A stretch of DNA of 64,000 bases, from positions 192,001-256,000 of the forward strand of contig JBMOPW010000014.1 of NCBI GenBank assembly GCA_049322915.1, given 5' to 3'. The notes under the pieces are model-generated. The model was not told the origin of the DNA, ran no database searches, and was given only the letters and a program-made list of their open reading frames with translations. Below, piece after piece: positions 48,331 through 58,834 of this stretch; the first letter of the stretch is position 1; the number at the start of each line of letters is the position of its first letter. The translations under genes were made by a program, and so were the position numbers. This DNA is from Candidatus Zhuqueibacterota bacterium (lineage in GTDB: Bacteria > Zhuqueibacterota > Zhuqueibacteria > Thermofontimicrobiales > Thermofontimicrobiaceae).

Positions 48331-49361
48331 AGCAGGATAGAATCTGTCGCGCGATTGAATGGATAAATTCATTACAGACAAAATTCAACATGGATAAAAA
48401 GCTGGATATATCAATCGTTGTTCCGTTGTACAACGAAGAAGAAAATGTGAAAATTCTCCATTCATCCATTCGGAAGGTGATGGATGGAATGGGCAAACCG
48501 CATGAGATAATTTTCGTCGATGATGGCAGTCGTGACAGAACATTTGAGCTGCTCAAAGAAATACATGACGAGAACCCTGCGGTGAAAGTCATTAAATTCC
48601 GGGGTAACTTCGGGCAGTCCGCGGCGATGGCTGCCGGATTTGAGGCGGCTCGGGGGGATGTTGTTTTTGCAATGGATGGGGATTTGCAAAATGATCCGAC
48701 CGATATTCCTGTGCTGCTTTCGAAACTGGATGATGGCTATGATGTGGTGAGCGGCTGGCGGAAGGACAGAAAGGACAAGCTGATCATCCGCAAAGTCCCA
48801 TCGAAAATTGCCAACAAGCTTATTTGTTCCGTCACCGGGGTTCAGCTTCACGACACCGGCTGTTCACTCAAAGCATTTCGGTCTGAGATCATCAAGCGGA
48901 TCAATTTGTACGGGGAACTGCACCGGTTCATTCCGGCCCTGTCAAAAATTGAAGGCGCGCGGATCACTGAAATCCCGGTGCAGCATCATGCCCGAAAATT
49001 CGGTCGCTCCAAGTACAATATCACCCGCACGTTCCGCGTGATTGTGGATTTGATGGCCATGAATCTATTCATCCGCTATCTGAAAACTCCCCTGCGGTTC
49101 TTTGGGAAAATCGGCGCTCTGTTCATTGTGTTCGGCTTTTTATCGACGCTGTGGATTTTGTATCGCGTCTATCTGTTTCATAAACCGTTGACCGATATCA
49201 ATATCCTGCTGACGTCGGTATTTCTGTTCGTGGCCACCGGCGTTCAATTTTTTGTGTGGGGCCTGCTGGCGGATTTGATTGTCAAAACCGGAAAGCGAAA
49301 GAGCATTTATCTGGCGGACACTCCGCTCAATGGAAAATTTGCGCATCAGCAACACGATTAG
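48327..49361 (+). CDS. Polyprenol-phosphate glycosyltransferase (ArnC/GtrB-like GT2)
   Basis: VPLYNEE, VDDGSRD, NFGQSAA, MDGDLQND, HRFIP, two C-terminal TMs. Start is 48327 (ATGA coupling) or 48390. Confidence 0.9.
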   Translation: MKQDRICRAIEWINSLQTKFNMDKKLDISIVVPLYNEEENVKILHSSIRKVMDGMGKPHEIIFVDDGSRDRTFELLKEIHDENPAVKVIKFRGNFGQSAAMAAGFEAARGDVVFAMDGDLQNDPTDIPVLLSKLDDGYDVVSGWRKDRKDKLIIRKVPSKIANKLICSVTGVQLHDTGCSLKAFRSEIIKRINLYGELHRFIPALSKIEGARITEIPVQHHARKFGRSKYNITRTFRVIVDLMAMNLFIRYLKTPLRFFGKIGALFIVFGFLSTLWILYRVYLFHKPLTDINILLTSVFLFVATGVQFFVWGLLADLIVKTGKRKSIYLADTPLNGKFAHQQHD

Positions 49362-49487
49362 CAACGTGTCCTGTTGATGTAATCTCATGTGTTTAACCTA
49401 TATTTCTTACTGGTCATGCTTCAGCATTTTGAGCTGGAAGGATGATTGCTCTAAAATTTGTATTATTCAAGAGTAAAGGTAGAGATC

Positions 49488-50486
49488 ATGTCTGAACAAA
49501 AAGTGATGCTGAAATCGAAGGAAAACCTGAAAGCCGGAGAACGAGTCTCCGGAGCCGGGGTGAAGATATCCGTGATTGTCGCGTTCTACAACCTGGAATC
49601 CGATGTCGAGGAGTATTTCAAAAAATTAAAATCGACATTCGATGCGCTGGGTAAGACGTACGAGATAATTTTCGTGGATGATAATAGCACCGATGCGACC
49701 TACCCCAAACTGTACCAGATTAGCCGGGCGCACGAAAACGTGAAGCTCATCAAAATGAGATCCCGATTTGGCGAAGCCTCGTCCTTCGAAGCCGGATTCA
49801 AATTATCATCCGGGGAGCAGGTGATATTTTACACGACTCGCGTGCGACCCAACGCCGAAGACCTTCCCGGACTGTTAGCCAAGCTGGACGAAGGCAACGA
49901 CCTTGTGGTGGGATGGCGTTACCCGCGACGAGACTGGTTTTTGAATCGATTCATTTCCCATGTGTTCAATTACATCACCAACAAGATATCCAATCTCAGG
50001 CTCAATGATATCAACAGCGGAATTCTGGTGATGAACCGGAAGGTGCTGGAGGATATTCAGATCTACGGCGGACTCAACCAGTTCATCCCGCTGCTGGCGA
50101 AGAAGCAGGGCTACAAAGTGACGGAAGCGAAGATCGTGCAATTGCCGGGCACATTCCGTAAATCGAAATCGTTCAGCGAATACCTGCAGCGCAGTCTGGA
50201 CATTCTGACGGTTGTGTTTTTGACAAAGTATTCGAAAAAGCCCATCCATTTCCTGGGATTTGTGGGCGGAATATTCACGCTGGTCGGCGGTTTGATTGAT
50301 GTGTACCTGTTCTTCTATCGCATCCTGGGATTTGGCTCGATAGCCGGCAGGCCGTTGCTGCTGCTGGGAGCGTTGTTGCTGGTCATTGGCATTCAAATGG
50401 TGGCCATGGGACTGATCGGAGAAATGATCATTTTTACTCATGCCGGGGATATCAAAGAATACAATATTGAAGAAGTATTGGAATAG
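49488..50486 (+). CDS. ArnC/GtrB-like GT2 paralog lacking the DxD motif
   Basis: Co-linear with the previous gene, but MDGDLQND is replaced by YTTRVRPN; two C-terminal TMs. Confidence 0.8.
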   Translation: MSEQKVMLKSKENLKAGERVSGAGVKISVIVAFYNLESDVEEYFKKLKSTFDALGKTYEIIFVDDNSTDATYPKLYQISRAHENVKLIKMRSRFGEASSFEAGFKLSSGEQVIFYTTRVRPNAEDLPGLLAKLDEGNDLVVGWRYPRRDWFLNRFISHVFNYITNKISNLRLNDINSGILVMNRKVLEDIQIYGGLNQFIPLLAKKQGYKVTEAKIVQLPGTFRKSKSFSEYLQRSLDILTVVFLTKYSKKPIHFLGFVGGIFTLVGGLIDVYLFFYRILGFGSIAGRPLLLLGALLLVIGIQMVAMGLIGEMIIFTHAGDIKEYNIEEVLE

Positions 50487-50502
50487 GATTTAGGAGAGCT
50501 GA

Positions 50503-51453
50503 ATGGAATTAGCCGTTGTTATTCCTGCCTACAACGAAGAAGTAACCATCGCCCAGGTCGTCCGTGAATATCGCGCCGCTCTGCCGGAAGCCAGGATTTA
50601 TGTGGGTGACAATAACAGCAGGGACCGAACTGCGGAACTAGCGCGCCAGGCCGGTGCGATTGTCATTCCGTGCGAGCAGCAGGGCAAGGGAAACGCTGTC
50701 CGCAAAATTCTGGAATTAGTGGACGCTGATATTTACATCATGATCGATGCAGACCAAACCTACAGCGCCGCCAATGTGCGCGACCTGATAGAGCCGGTGA
50801 AAAGCGGCCGGGTGGATATGGTTGTCGGTTCGCGGAAACAGATTTCAGAACAGGCATTTTCGTTTTCACATAAAATTGGTAACTTTGTCCTCACCACTAT
50901 TTTGAATCGGATTTTCAAAGTGAAATTGAAGGACATCCTGTCCGGATATCGCGTCATGAGCCGGCGACTGGTGGATAAGCTGATACTTTTAGCAGAGGGA
51001 TTTGAAATTGAAGCCGAACTCACCATCCGCACATTGCAGGAAAATTTTAAAATTCTTGAAGTACCCATTGATTATCGCCATCGGCCGGAAGGCTCAGATT
51101 CGAAATTGAGCACCTGGGGGGATGGATTTCTGATTCTCTACACAATCATCACGCTGTTTCGGGATTATAATCCCATGGTTTTCTTTGTGCTGGTTTCGCT
51201 GTTTTTTTTGCTGGTGGGCTTCACAACAGGAACATATATTTTCATCGTTTATTTACAGACAGGCATGATGTATCACATCGGTCTGGCCATTGTGACAGCG
51301 TTGAGCATCATGCTGTCAGCAATTGTTTTTATGCTGGGCTTGCTGCTGGACTCGTTCAACAATAGCTGGCGGCTGACCCAGGAAAGCATGCGTCGAAATA
51401 GAATTTTGTTGAGAAAGGTCATTGAAATTAGCGGCAAGCAGGGAGTCGAGTGA
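50503..51453 (+). CDS. Polyprenol-phosphate glycosyltransferase (DPM/DPG synthase-like GT2)
   Basis: IPAYNEE, GKGNAV, IDADQTY, DILSGYR, GFEIEAE, two C-terminal TMs. Confidence 0.88.
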   Translation: MELAVVIPAYNEEVTIAQVVREYRAALPEARIYVGDNNSRDRTAELARQAGAIVIPCEQQGKGNAVRKILELVDADIYIMIDADQTYSAANVRDLIEPVKSGRVDMVVGSRKQISEQAFSFSHKIGNFVLTTILNRIFKVKLKDILSGYRVMSRRLVDKLILLAEGFEIEAELTIRTLQENFKILEVPIDYRHRPEGSDSKLSTWGDGFLILYTIITLFRDYNPMVFFVLVSLFFLLVGFTTGTYIFIVYLQTGMMYHIGLAIVTALSIMLSAIVFMLGLLLDSFNNSWRLTQESMRRNRILLRKVIEISGKQGVE

Positions 51454-52649
51454 AGGTACTTTATTATTGCAGCAAATTTCCTCCGATCGCCGGAGGCGCC
51501 GGAACCAATGCCCATTATCTTGGCACCTATCTGAGTGAGCACGGACACCAGGTGTATGTCGTCTGTGAGTTTTTTCCGGGCTTGAAAAAATACGAAAAGA
51601 TAAACGATAACTATACTGTGTACCGGGCGTCTGTGCCATTCATTGAAAATCGGGGATCCGGCCTGTATTTCCTGCTGCTGTGTGTGATGATCGCCTGGCG
51701 GGGATTGCGGCTGCTCATCAAAGAGAAAATCGATGTCATCCACATTCTCGATACAGCGACGGGAATCGCCGGATTGATTACCAGATTCTTCGTAAAAAAG
51801 CCGAGTGTTTACCTGTTTGGCGGCAGCATGACCTATGAGTACATGTGCAATGCGTACCAGGAAAACGAATGGGATCCGGCAAAAGGCGAAAACTATGTCT
51901 GGGAGAATGCCAGAGGATTTTTGAAGTTCGTTCTCTTTGTCGAAAAACAGTTTTTTTTGAGAAATGACCGCATCTACACCAATGCCCAATATTTATCCGA
52001 TATGCTGGAGCAACATCTGGGCATGGTGGCGCCGAAAGTCCGGTTGATTTACAATGGAATTAACACGGATTATTTGAGTCGGGCCAATATCCCGGATATC
52101 AAAACGGAACTCGGCTATCACCGCATGGCCTATGTCGGCGTTCGATTTGTCAAATATAAAGCGCTGGAAATTTTGATCCGGGCCTGCGCCCCCATTCTGG
52201 AAAAATTCGACGCCCATCTGGTCATTGCAGGCGACGGACCGGAAAAGGAACGTTTACTTGCGGAAGCCAGTAACCATCCCCGGATAGACTTTGTCGGGAA
52301 TTTGAGCTGGGAGAGAAATATTCAGTACGTCCGGTCTGCCGATGTGTTTGCTCTGCCCACGCTGGTGGATAAGACTCCGAATTGCGTGATGGAGGCGCTG
52401 TCGCTGGAAACACCGGTTATCACAACCAATATCGACGGCGTGAAAGAATTGGTGCCCGACGGGTGCGGCATTTTGATCGAACCGAATCAGGTCGACGAGC
52501 TGCAAAAGAGCATTGTGCGGGTGTTTCAACATCCTGACGCAGCGCGGGGGATGGGGCAAAAGGCGCGGAAATTTATGGTGCAGGAGTTCGATTGGAAAAC
52601 GACATGCGATCGGGTTCTGGAAATTTACAATGAGCTTGTCGCGGAATGA
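51450..52649 (+). CDS. Glycosyltransferase family 4
   Basis: FPPIAGG, IYNGI, AGDGPE, MEALSLETPVI. Confidence 0.87.
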   Translation: MKVLYYCSKFPPIAGGAGTNAHYLGTYLSEHGHQVYVVCEFFPGLKKYEKINDNYTVYRASVPFIENRGSGLYFLLLCVMIAWRGLRLLIKEKIDVIHILDTATGIAGLITRFFVKKPSVYLFGGSMTYEYMCNAYQENEWDPAKGENYVWENARGFLKFVLFVEKQFFLRNDRIYTNAQYLSDMLEQHLGMVAPKVRLIYNGINTDYLSRANIPDIKTELGYHRMAYVGVRFVKYKALEILIRACAPILEKFDAHLVIAGDGPEKERLLAEASNHPRIDFVGNLSWERNIQYVRSADVFALPTLVDKTPNCVMEALSLETPVITTNIDGVKELVPDGCGILIEPNQVDELQKSIVRVFQHPDAARGMGQKARKFMVQEFDWKTTCDRVLEIYNELVAE

Positions 52650-52658
52650 TGGAGCGAA

Positions 52659-53753
52659 ATGGAAACGAATATTGCTTATGTGGATGAGTTGTACCATCTG
52701 GTCCCCCATGGCGGGATTGCAGTCTGGTCCAAACGTTTGACTGATTTTCTGAATACCAACGGTTTTCACATCGATATTTTTTCGTTCACAAAGGGCATAA
52801 AAAACAGCATACCGGACGCGTTGAAAGTGTTTCCAAATTTTCGGGAAATTTTCATCTATCCCGGTCTGGGCAAACGGATGTTTCAGAATTTGGAGCCAAA
52901 ATATAAGCTGGTGCATCTGGTCTCGCCCCACACGTTGGCCTGGCACAAACCGGCTGTCCCGGCGCTGACATCAGTCCACTACCTCATTTCGAGGCAGGCG
53001 CTCATGCTGGGGAAGTATTTGCCGGCAAAATACAAGGTTTTTTTTAACGTCTTCAGTTACTCGCTTTTTCTTCATTACGAAAAGAAAGGGCTGCAACGCG
53101 CGGATTGCATCACCGTGTCGCGACAGGCTTACAAGGAATATCTGATACAGCGGATGAACATTCCGGCAGAGAGGATTGAAATTGTCAAATACGGGATTGA
53201 TGACGCTTTTTTCAAGCCGGCGGAGAAATTTCAGGAAAAAGAGAATGTCGCGATTTATGTCGGCCGGGGATCGCTGCCTAAAGGATTCGATACACTGGTG
53301 CAGGCGGCGCCGCACATCAATGGCAAAGTGATTGCCGTGGCGTCTCAAATTCCCAAGCATCTGCTAGAGGCCATCGCCCGGCTGAAAAATTTTCAGGTGA
53401 CCACCGGCATTTCGCAGGAAAAGCTGCTGGAGCTGTACCGAAGCGCGCTGGTCTTTGTCATGCCCTCGCTGACTGAGGGCTCGCCCATTTCCACATTGGA
53501 AGCGATGGCGTGCGGTTTGCCCGTTGTGTGCACGCCGGAAGGAAGCGGCGAGTACATCGAGGACGGAGTGAATGGTTACATTTTTCCGTTCAAAGATCCG
53601 CTCACGCTGGCAGATCGCGTGAATTATTTGTTCGAACACAGGGATGTGGCGTACGAATTTGGCAGATTGAACAGAGAAAAAGTGGAGAAGGAATTGACGC
53701 TGCCGGTGATTGCCGCACAAATGAAGGCCATCTACACGCGCTTTTTGAATTGA
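52659..53753 (+). CDS. Glycosyltransferase family 4
   Basis: YVGR...KG, PSLTEGSPISTLEAMACGLPVV. Confidence 0.87.
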   Translation: METNIAYVDELYHLVPHGGIAVWSKRLTDFLNTNGFHIDIFSFTKGIKNSIPDALKVFPNFREIFIYPGLGKRMFQNLEPKYKLVHLVSPHTLAWHKPAVPALTSVHYLISRQALMLGKYLPAKYKVFFNVFSYSLFLHYEKKGLQRADCITVSRQAYKEYLIQRMNIPAERIEIVKYGIDDAFFKPAEKFQEKENVAIYVGRGSLPKGFDTLVQAAPHINGKVIAVASQIPKHLLEAIARLKNFQVTTGISQEKLLELYRSALVFVMPSLTEGSPISTLEAMACGLPVVCTPEGSGEYIEDGVNGYIFPFKDPLTLADRVNYLFEHRDVAYEFGRLNREKVEKELTLPVIAAQMKAIYTRFLN

Positions 53754-53819
53754 ATCAAGTCATTCAAAAATATTCGGTGAGTGAATTTTAAGCAAGGACA
53801 TTTTTAAAAGGAATACAGG

Positions 53820-54809
53820 ATGAATTGGATAGGAAAAAAAGTATTGGTGACCGGAGCGGGTGGATTTATCGGTAGCCATTTGACCGAAGAGTTGGTGAGG
53901 CATGGCGCTTCAGTGCGGGCGCTGGTTCACTATAATTCCCGAAACGACTGGGGCTTGCTGGAGAAAATTCCAAAAACGACCAAACAGGAAATTGAAGTGA
54001 TCACCGGGGATATTCAGGATCCATTTTCCATGCAAAAAGCAGTTGCCGGCCGGGAGGTTGTCTTTCACCTGGCCGCGCTCATTGCCATTCCCTATTCGTA
54101 TCAGGCGCCCATGAGCTATGTCGAAACAAACGTGCGGGGAACGCTGAATGTCATGCAGGCCTGTCTGCAGGAAGGCGTGGAAAAGGTGGTTCACACATCC
54201 ACTAGCGAAACGTACGGCACGGCGCTCTATACGCCCATCGATGAGAAGCATCCGTTGCAGGGGCAGTCGCCCTATTCAGCCAGCAAAATTGGTGCTGATA
54301 AAATTGCGGAGAGTTATTATCTCAGCTTTGAACTGCCGGTTGCGACCATTCGTCCGTTCAATACCTATGGACCGCGGCAATCGGCGCGGGCGGTGATTCC
54401 CACAATCATCTCCCAGGCGCTGCAAAAAGAAGAAATTTTCCTGGGCTCACTGACGCCGGTGCGGGATTTGAATTTTGTGAAAGACACAGTGGCAGGCTTT
54501 ATAAAAATTGCCGAGGTCCAGAGTACCAATGGCAAAGTGACCAACGTGGGGTTTGGTCAGGGAATAACCATCGGCGACCTGGCGCAGAAAATTTTTAAGC
54601 TGATCGGGAAAGAGGTGAAGATCAGAACCGAGAGTCAGCGAATCCGGCCGGAGAAGAGCGAGGTGCTGACCCTGATCTGCGATAACTCCCAGGCCAAAAA
54701 TCTGATGAATTGGTCGCCAGCCTATACCCTGGACCAGGGGTTGCTGGAGACAATCGATTTCATAAAACAACATGCTGAAATGTACAAGAGTGACCGGTAT
54801 AACGTTTAA
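53820..54809 (+). CDS. NDP-sugar 4,6-dehydratase (LegB-like)
   Basis: TGAGGFIG, HLAALIAIPYSY, HTSTSETYG, QSPYSASK, RPFNTYGPRQSARAVIP. Confidence 0.87.
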   Translation: MNWIGKKVLVTGAGGFIGSHLTEELVRHGASVRALVHYNSRNDWGLLEKIPKTTKQEIEVITGDIQDPFSMQKAVAGREVVFHLAALIAIPYSYQAPMSYVETNVRGTLNVMQACLQEGVEKVVHTSTSETYGTALYTPIDEKHPLQGQSPYSASKIGADKIAESYYLSFELPVATIRPFNTYGPRQSARAVIPTIISQALQKEEIFLGSLTPVRDLNFVKDTVAGFIKIAEVQSTNGKVTNVGFGQGITIGDLAQKIFKLIGKEVKIRTESQRIRPEKSEVLTLICDNSQAKNLMNWSPAYTLDQGLLETIDFIKQHAEMYKSDRYNV

Positions 54810-54990
54810 CCCGCATCATTCATTGTATTTTTAAAGGAAGCGGGATAACCTGAATGGTGCATAAATTTAAAATTCGAATATAAAACTGAGTTTGATTTTG
54901 CACATACATTCACACATTATGAAAACATAATGTTAAGTTGGGCTATTGGAGAATTCATGAATAATTCAGATTAAATGAGTGAGGATGAAG

Positions 54991-55692
54991 ATGCAGGCGA
55001 TAATTTTAGCTGGCGGAAAGGGGACGCGTTTAAAACCATACACGACAATTCTTCCCAAACCGTTGATGCCAATTCTGGATATGCCGATTCTGGAAGTGGT
55101 CATCCGGCAATTGAAAAAGAATGGCTTCAACAACGTCGTGCTGGCTGTGGGACACTTAGCTGAACTCATCGAGGCGTATTTCGGCGATGGAAGAAAATGG
55201 GGAATTCGCATCACCTACTCGCGCGAGGACAAACCAATGGGAACGGCTGGGCCACTCACGCTCATCGAAAATCTAGATGAGACTTTTTTAATGATGAACG
55301 GCGATATTTTGACGGACCTGAAATACGCCGACCTTGTTGCGTTTCATAAATCGCATCGTTCGGACATCACAATTGCCACGTACGATAAAGAGGTTAAAAT
55401 TGACCTGGGAATTTTGAAGACAAATTCCGATCACCAGATTGTTGAATATATTGAAAAACCGACGCTGGTGCACCAGGTGAGCATGGGAATTTACATCATC
55501 GATAAGTGCATGATGGACCTAATTCCCAAAGGTGAATATTTCGATCTGCCCGATTTGATCAAACGCTCCATCAAGGAAAATCGAAAGGTGATGAGCTATC
55601 CTTTCAAAAATTACTGGCGCGATATCGGAAGGAAAGATGATTATGAATTGGCCCTGGAAGAATACGAGAAATTAGCAGTCGAACTATTGTGA
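54991..55692 (+). CDS. Sugar-1-phosphate nucleotidyltransferase
   Basis: LAGGKGTRL, PKPL, MGTAG, MNGD, WRDIG; ATG at 54991 after GAGGA. Confidence 0.9.
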   Translation: MQAIILAGGKGTRLKPYTTILPKPLMPILDMPILEVVIRQLKKNGFNNVVLAVGHLAELIEAYFGDGRKWGIRITYSREDKPMGTAGPLTLIENLDETFLMMNGDILTDLKYADLVAFHKSHRSDITIATYDKEVKIDLGILKTNSDHQIVEYIEKPTLVHQVSMGIYIIDKCMMDLIPKGEYFDLPDLIKRSIKENRKVMSYPFKNYWRDIGRKDDYELALEEYEKLAVELL

Positions 55693-55707
55693 CTCATGAG
55701 AGAATAA

Positions 55708-56721
55708 ATGGACGCACAGAAAACAAAAACCAAAAAAAGCAAACTCAGCATATTGATTAGCTGGGCGTTTATGCTGTTAATCATCGGCGGACTTATCCTG
55801 CTGATTCTTTCAAATCGGGATAAATTTAGTGAGTATAAAGAGACGCTGCTCCATGTGAATTTGGTGACTCTGTTCATTGTTTTGCTGGTGACCATGAGCG
55901 CTAACTTCTTCCGCGGCTGGCGATGGTATTATTTAGTCCTGGCGATCAAAAATAACATTTCATTGATCAATATTTTCAGGGTGACGTTCAGCGCGCTGGC
56001 TGCGAATTTTACCATGCCTGGAAAATTGGGCGTGCCGGTAAAGGCGGTGCTGCTCAAAAAGACTGAAAATATCGAAGTGGGAAAGTCCCTGCCATCGATT
56101 CTGGGAGAGATATTCATCGAGCATTCTTCGGAAATTTTAATCGCTATCGTCAGCGTTTTCATCGGCGGGCATATTTCCAAACTGACAGCCACCTCGAGCA
56201 AAATCGCCGACGACCAGGGAGTGGTTATGAACATCGGCATTGCCGTGGGGATTCTTCTGCTGGGCGCGGTGGCCTGGTTCGCTTTTAAGCGCAAGCTCAA
56301 ATCAATGGATTTCATCCATAATTTCATGGAGGCCATCCATCTCACGAAAAAGCGCGTGGACTATGTGGTTTATAGCTACATCATCACGATTGTAAACCTG
56401 ATCATCAGCTATTATGTATTCTGGATGGTCGTGGCCACATTGGGTCATCCTGAAGTGGATCTGACGTTTGTCATTTTCGCCGGGACGATCACCAATTTTC
56501 TCGGGCTGATTTCGCCAATCCCCGGCGGCGTCGGCGTTCGTGAAATTACGATTTATGGTCTGTACGATTTTTATTATGGCCTGGGCGGTATAGCGTTCCT
56601 GGCCATCGTGCTCATGCGGCTGATCACCTATCTGTCCCTGTTTCTCTGTTTCCTGTTGGAGCGGTTTTACTCGGAAGTGATTGTCGCCAGAAAAAAACGC
56701 GAAGTAATTGTATCGCAATAG
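55708..56721 (+). CDS. UPF0104 / lysylphosphatidylglycerol-synthase TM-family membrane protein (putative lipid-sugar flippase)
   Basis: RGWRW, NFTMPGKLG, PIPGGVGVRE, RLITY; about 8 TM. Confidence 0.8.
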   Translation: MDAQKTKTKKSKLSILISWAFMLLIIGGLILLILSNRDKFSEYKETLLHVNLVTLFIVLLVTMSANFFRGWRWYYLVLAIKNNISLINIFRVTFSALAANFTMPGKLGVPVKAVLLKKTENIEVGKSLPSILGEIFIEHSSEILIAIVSVFIGGHISKLTATSSKIADDQGVVMNIGIAVGILLLGAVAWFAFKRKLKSMDFIHNFMEAIHLTKKRVDYVVYSYIITIVNLIISYYVFWMVVATLGHPEVDLTFVIFAGTITNFLGLISPIPGGVGVREITIYGLYDFYYGLGGIAFLAIVLMRLITYLSLFLCFLLERFYSEVIVARKKREVIVSQ

Positions 56722-56875
56722 CAGGGCAATCGACAGAATCCCAGCCGGATTCCGCCGCTGGTTTGAATCGGTGCTCAGGAATGTTCAGTGAAACGTAAAA
56801 AGGCCGTCAGTTCTCTGATTTTCAGGAATAGACCTTGCTGAGTTTTTTAAAGAATCGGTTACACGGTAAATACTT

Positions 56876-58834
56876 GTGAAAAGAAAATTCAATCATAAAT
56901 CCACTCATCGGAATACAGTTCAGGTAAAAGGAAACCAGTCAAGTTATTACAATTACACGTGGATCGCTGCTGGCATCTATACCTGTGTCATGAGCTATCT
57001 CAGCATTATTCGGTACGAGAGTTTTTCGGCGTCGGTGTACGATTTAGGCATTATGATTCAGACCGTGTGGAATACGAGCCAGGGATGGTTGCTGCAGGAA
57101 AGCGTGAACATGGGCTATCCCATGATGCGGTTCTGGATGGCGCACTGGGAGTTCATTTATGTGCCCATTGCGCTGATCTACCGACTCTTTTCGTCGCCCT
57201 ACACCCTGCTCATTCTCCATGCCGCGGTCGTGGCCCTGGGAGCGGTTCCCATTTACAAATTGGCCTATGACAAATCAGGGAATGGGTCGATCGCTTTTTC
57301 ATTCTCGGTGAGCTATCTGCTCTATCCGGCGATTCAAAATGCGACCCTGTGCGATGTTCATGGTGTAACGTTTGCAGCGCCATTTCTGCTGTTTGCATTT
57401 TACTATTTGCAAAAGAATAAAATTGGGTTGTTTGCCCTGTTTTCCGCCATCGCCATTTCATGCCGCGAGGACTCAGCCCTGCTGATTCTCATGATGGGGG
57501 TGTACGCGTTTTTAATTCTGAAAAAGAGAAAGCTCGGTATCATTGTTGCCATCGTTGGCTTTTCATGGTTTTTTATCTGGTACGAGCGGATGGCCATTCG
57601 CTCCATGCTGGGACTGCCCGAATTTATCATAATGGAAGGCGCCGAGGCGCATTGGGACCATCTGGCCAGGCTCAAAGATGATCCGTTTTACCTGGTGTCG
57701 TTCCTGGCAAAAAAATATAATATCCGATATTTCATCTACCTGTTCGGCCCGGTATTGCTGTTAAGTTTGTTCAGCCCCATGACCTTGCTCATGGCATTAC
57801 CCATGTTCGCGATCAATTTGTTGAGCAGTTATTATTACACCCATGACGTGGAACATTATTACAGCGCGACCATTGCGCCGTTCATTTATATCTCCGCGAT
57901 TTATGGGTTCGAAAAAATTCAGGACTATCTCCGGATCAGGCATCATAAAAAATTACCGTGGCTCAGGGCAATGCCGATCCTGATTTTGCTGAGTTCGTTG
58001 ATTTTTTTCTTTCTCAAATCCAATGCGTTTGACGCCGGGAAGTGGACAATAACCGATCATCACCGGACCATCAAGAAGGTAATTGCGCATATTCCGGAGC
58101 AGGCTTCGCTTTCTGCCGATGCAAAGCTGGCAACCCATGCGGCGGAGCGCCACGAGCTGTATGCGTTCAACGACCATGCGTACGATGCGGATTATGTGCT
58201 CTATGATTTTTACGCTCCCAAAGTCGCACTGGTCACGCGGACAACATTTCACCTGCCGTTTTTCTGGGCAGATAACGACTCCATCCGCAACGTGCTGGCT
58301 AATGAAGCATACGGCATTGTGGTTTATGAAGATGGCGTCTGTCTTTTCGAAAAAAATGCGGACTATGATTCCGGGCTGCGCAGGCTGGCGTACTCGGAGG
58401 GACAAAAGGAAATGAACAGCCTCCATGTCGAAGTGGCCCCGGGCCTGGTCTGTCGCGGTTATCAGACTTTTGAACAGCTTCGGTACTACGTCGACCTGGG
58501 GAAATTCGGAGACATCGCCTGGCAGCGCGGCATCCATTTCACCTGTTTTTGGGAAGCCGCTCAAACGCTGGAAGACACACTTCTGTTTCAATTTAAAATT
58601 GAAAATCCGGGGACAGGTGAGCAATTTTCATTCGACCACGCCCCTGTTTTTGGCGTGTTTCCAACGACGCGCTGGGAAGCGGGACGAATGATTCAAGATG
58701 AAATTTTTACGACAATCCCGGCAGGGACAAAGGCCGGCATGTATCAAATTTCGGTCAGAGTTAAATCAGATCTGGCAGAAGGACAATTCGACAATTTGTT
58801 TGATTTAGAAATTGAAGGGACGGAGCAGCGATGA
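56876..58834 (+). CDS. DUF2079-type GT-C fold membrane glycosyltransferase with a C-terminal periplasmic domain
   Basis: YDLGIMIQTVWN, HWE, DVHGV, CRED, HYYS; C-terminal PTTRWEAG..IQDE domain. Confidence 0.75.
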   Translation: MKRKFNHKSTHRNTVQVKGNQSSYYNYTWIAAGIYTCVMSYLSIIRYESFSASVYDLGIMIQTVWNTSQGWLLQESVNMGYPMMRFWMAHWEFIYVPIALIYRLFSSPYTLLILHAAVVALGAVPIYKLAYDKSGNGSIAFSFSVSYLLYPAIQNATLCDVHGVTFAAPFLLFAFYYLQKNKIGLFALFSAIAISCREDSALLILMMGVYAFLILKKRKLGIIVAIVGFSWFFIWYERMAIRSMLGLPEFIIMEGAEAHWDHLARLKDDPFYLVSFLAKKYNIRYFIYLFGPVLLLSLFSPMTLLMALPMFAINLLSSYYYTHDVEHYYSATIAPFIYISAIYGFEKIQDYLRIRHHKKLPWLRAMPILILLSSLIFFFLKSNAFDAGKWTITDHHRTIKKVIAHIPEQASLSADAKLATHAAERHELYAFNDHAYDADYVLYDFYAPKVALVTRTTFHLPFFWADNDSIRNVLANEAYGIVVYEDGVCLFEKNADYDSGLRRLAYSEGQKEMNSLHVEVAPGLVCRGYQTFEQLRYYVDLGKFGDIAWQRGIHFTCFWEAAQTLEDTLLFQFKIENPGTGEQFSFDHAPVFGVFPTTRWEAGRMIQDEIFTTIPAGTKAGMYQISVRVKSDLAEGQFDNLFDLEIEGTEQR

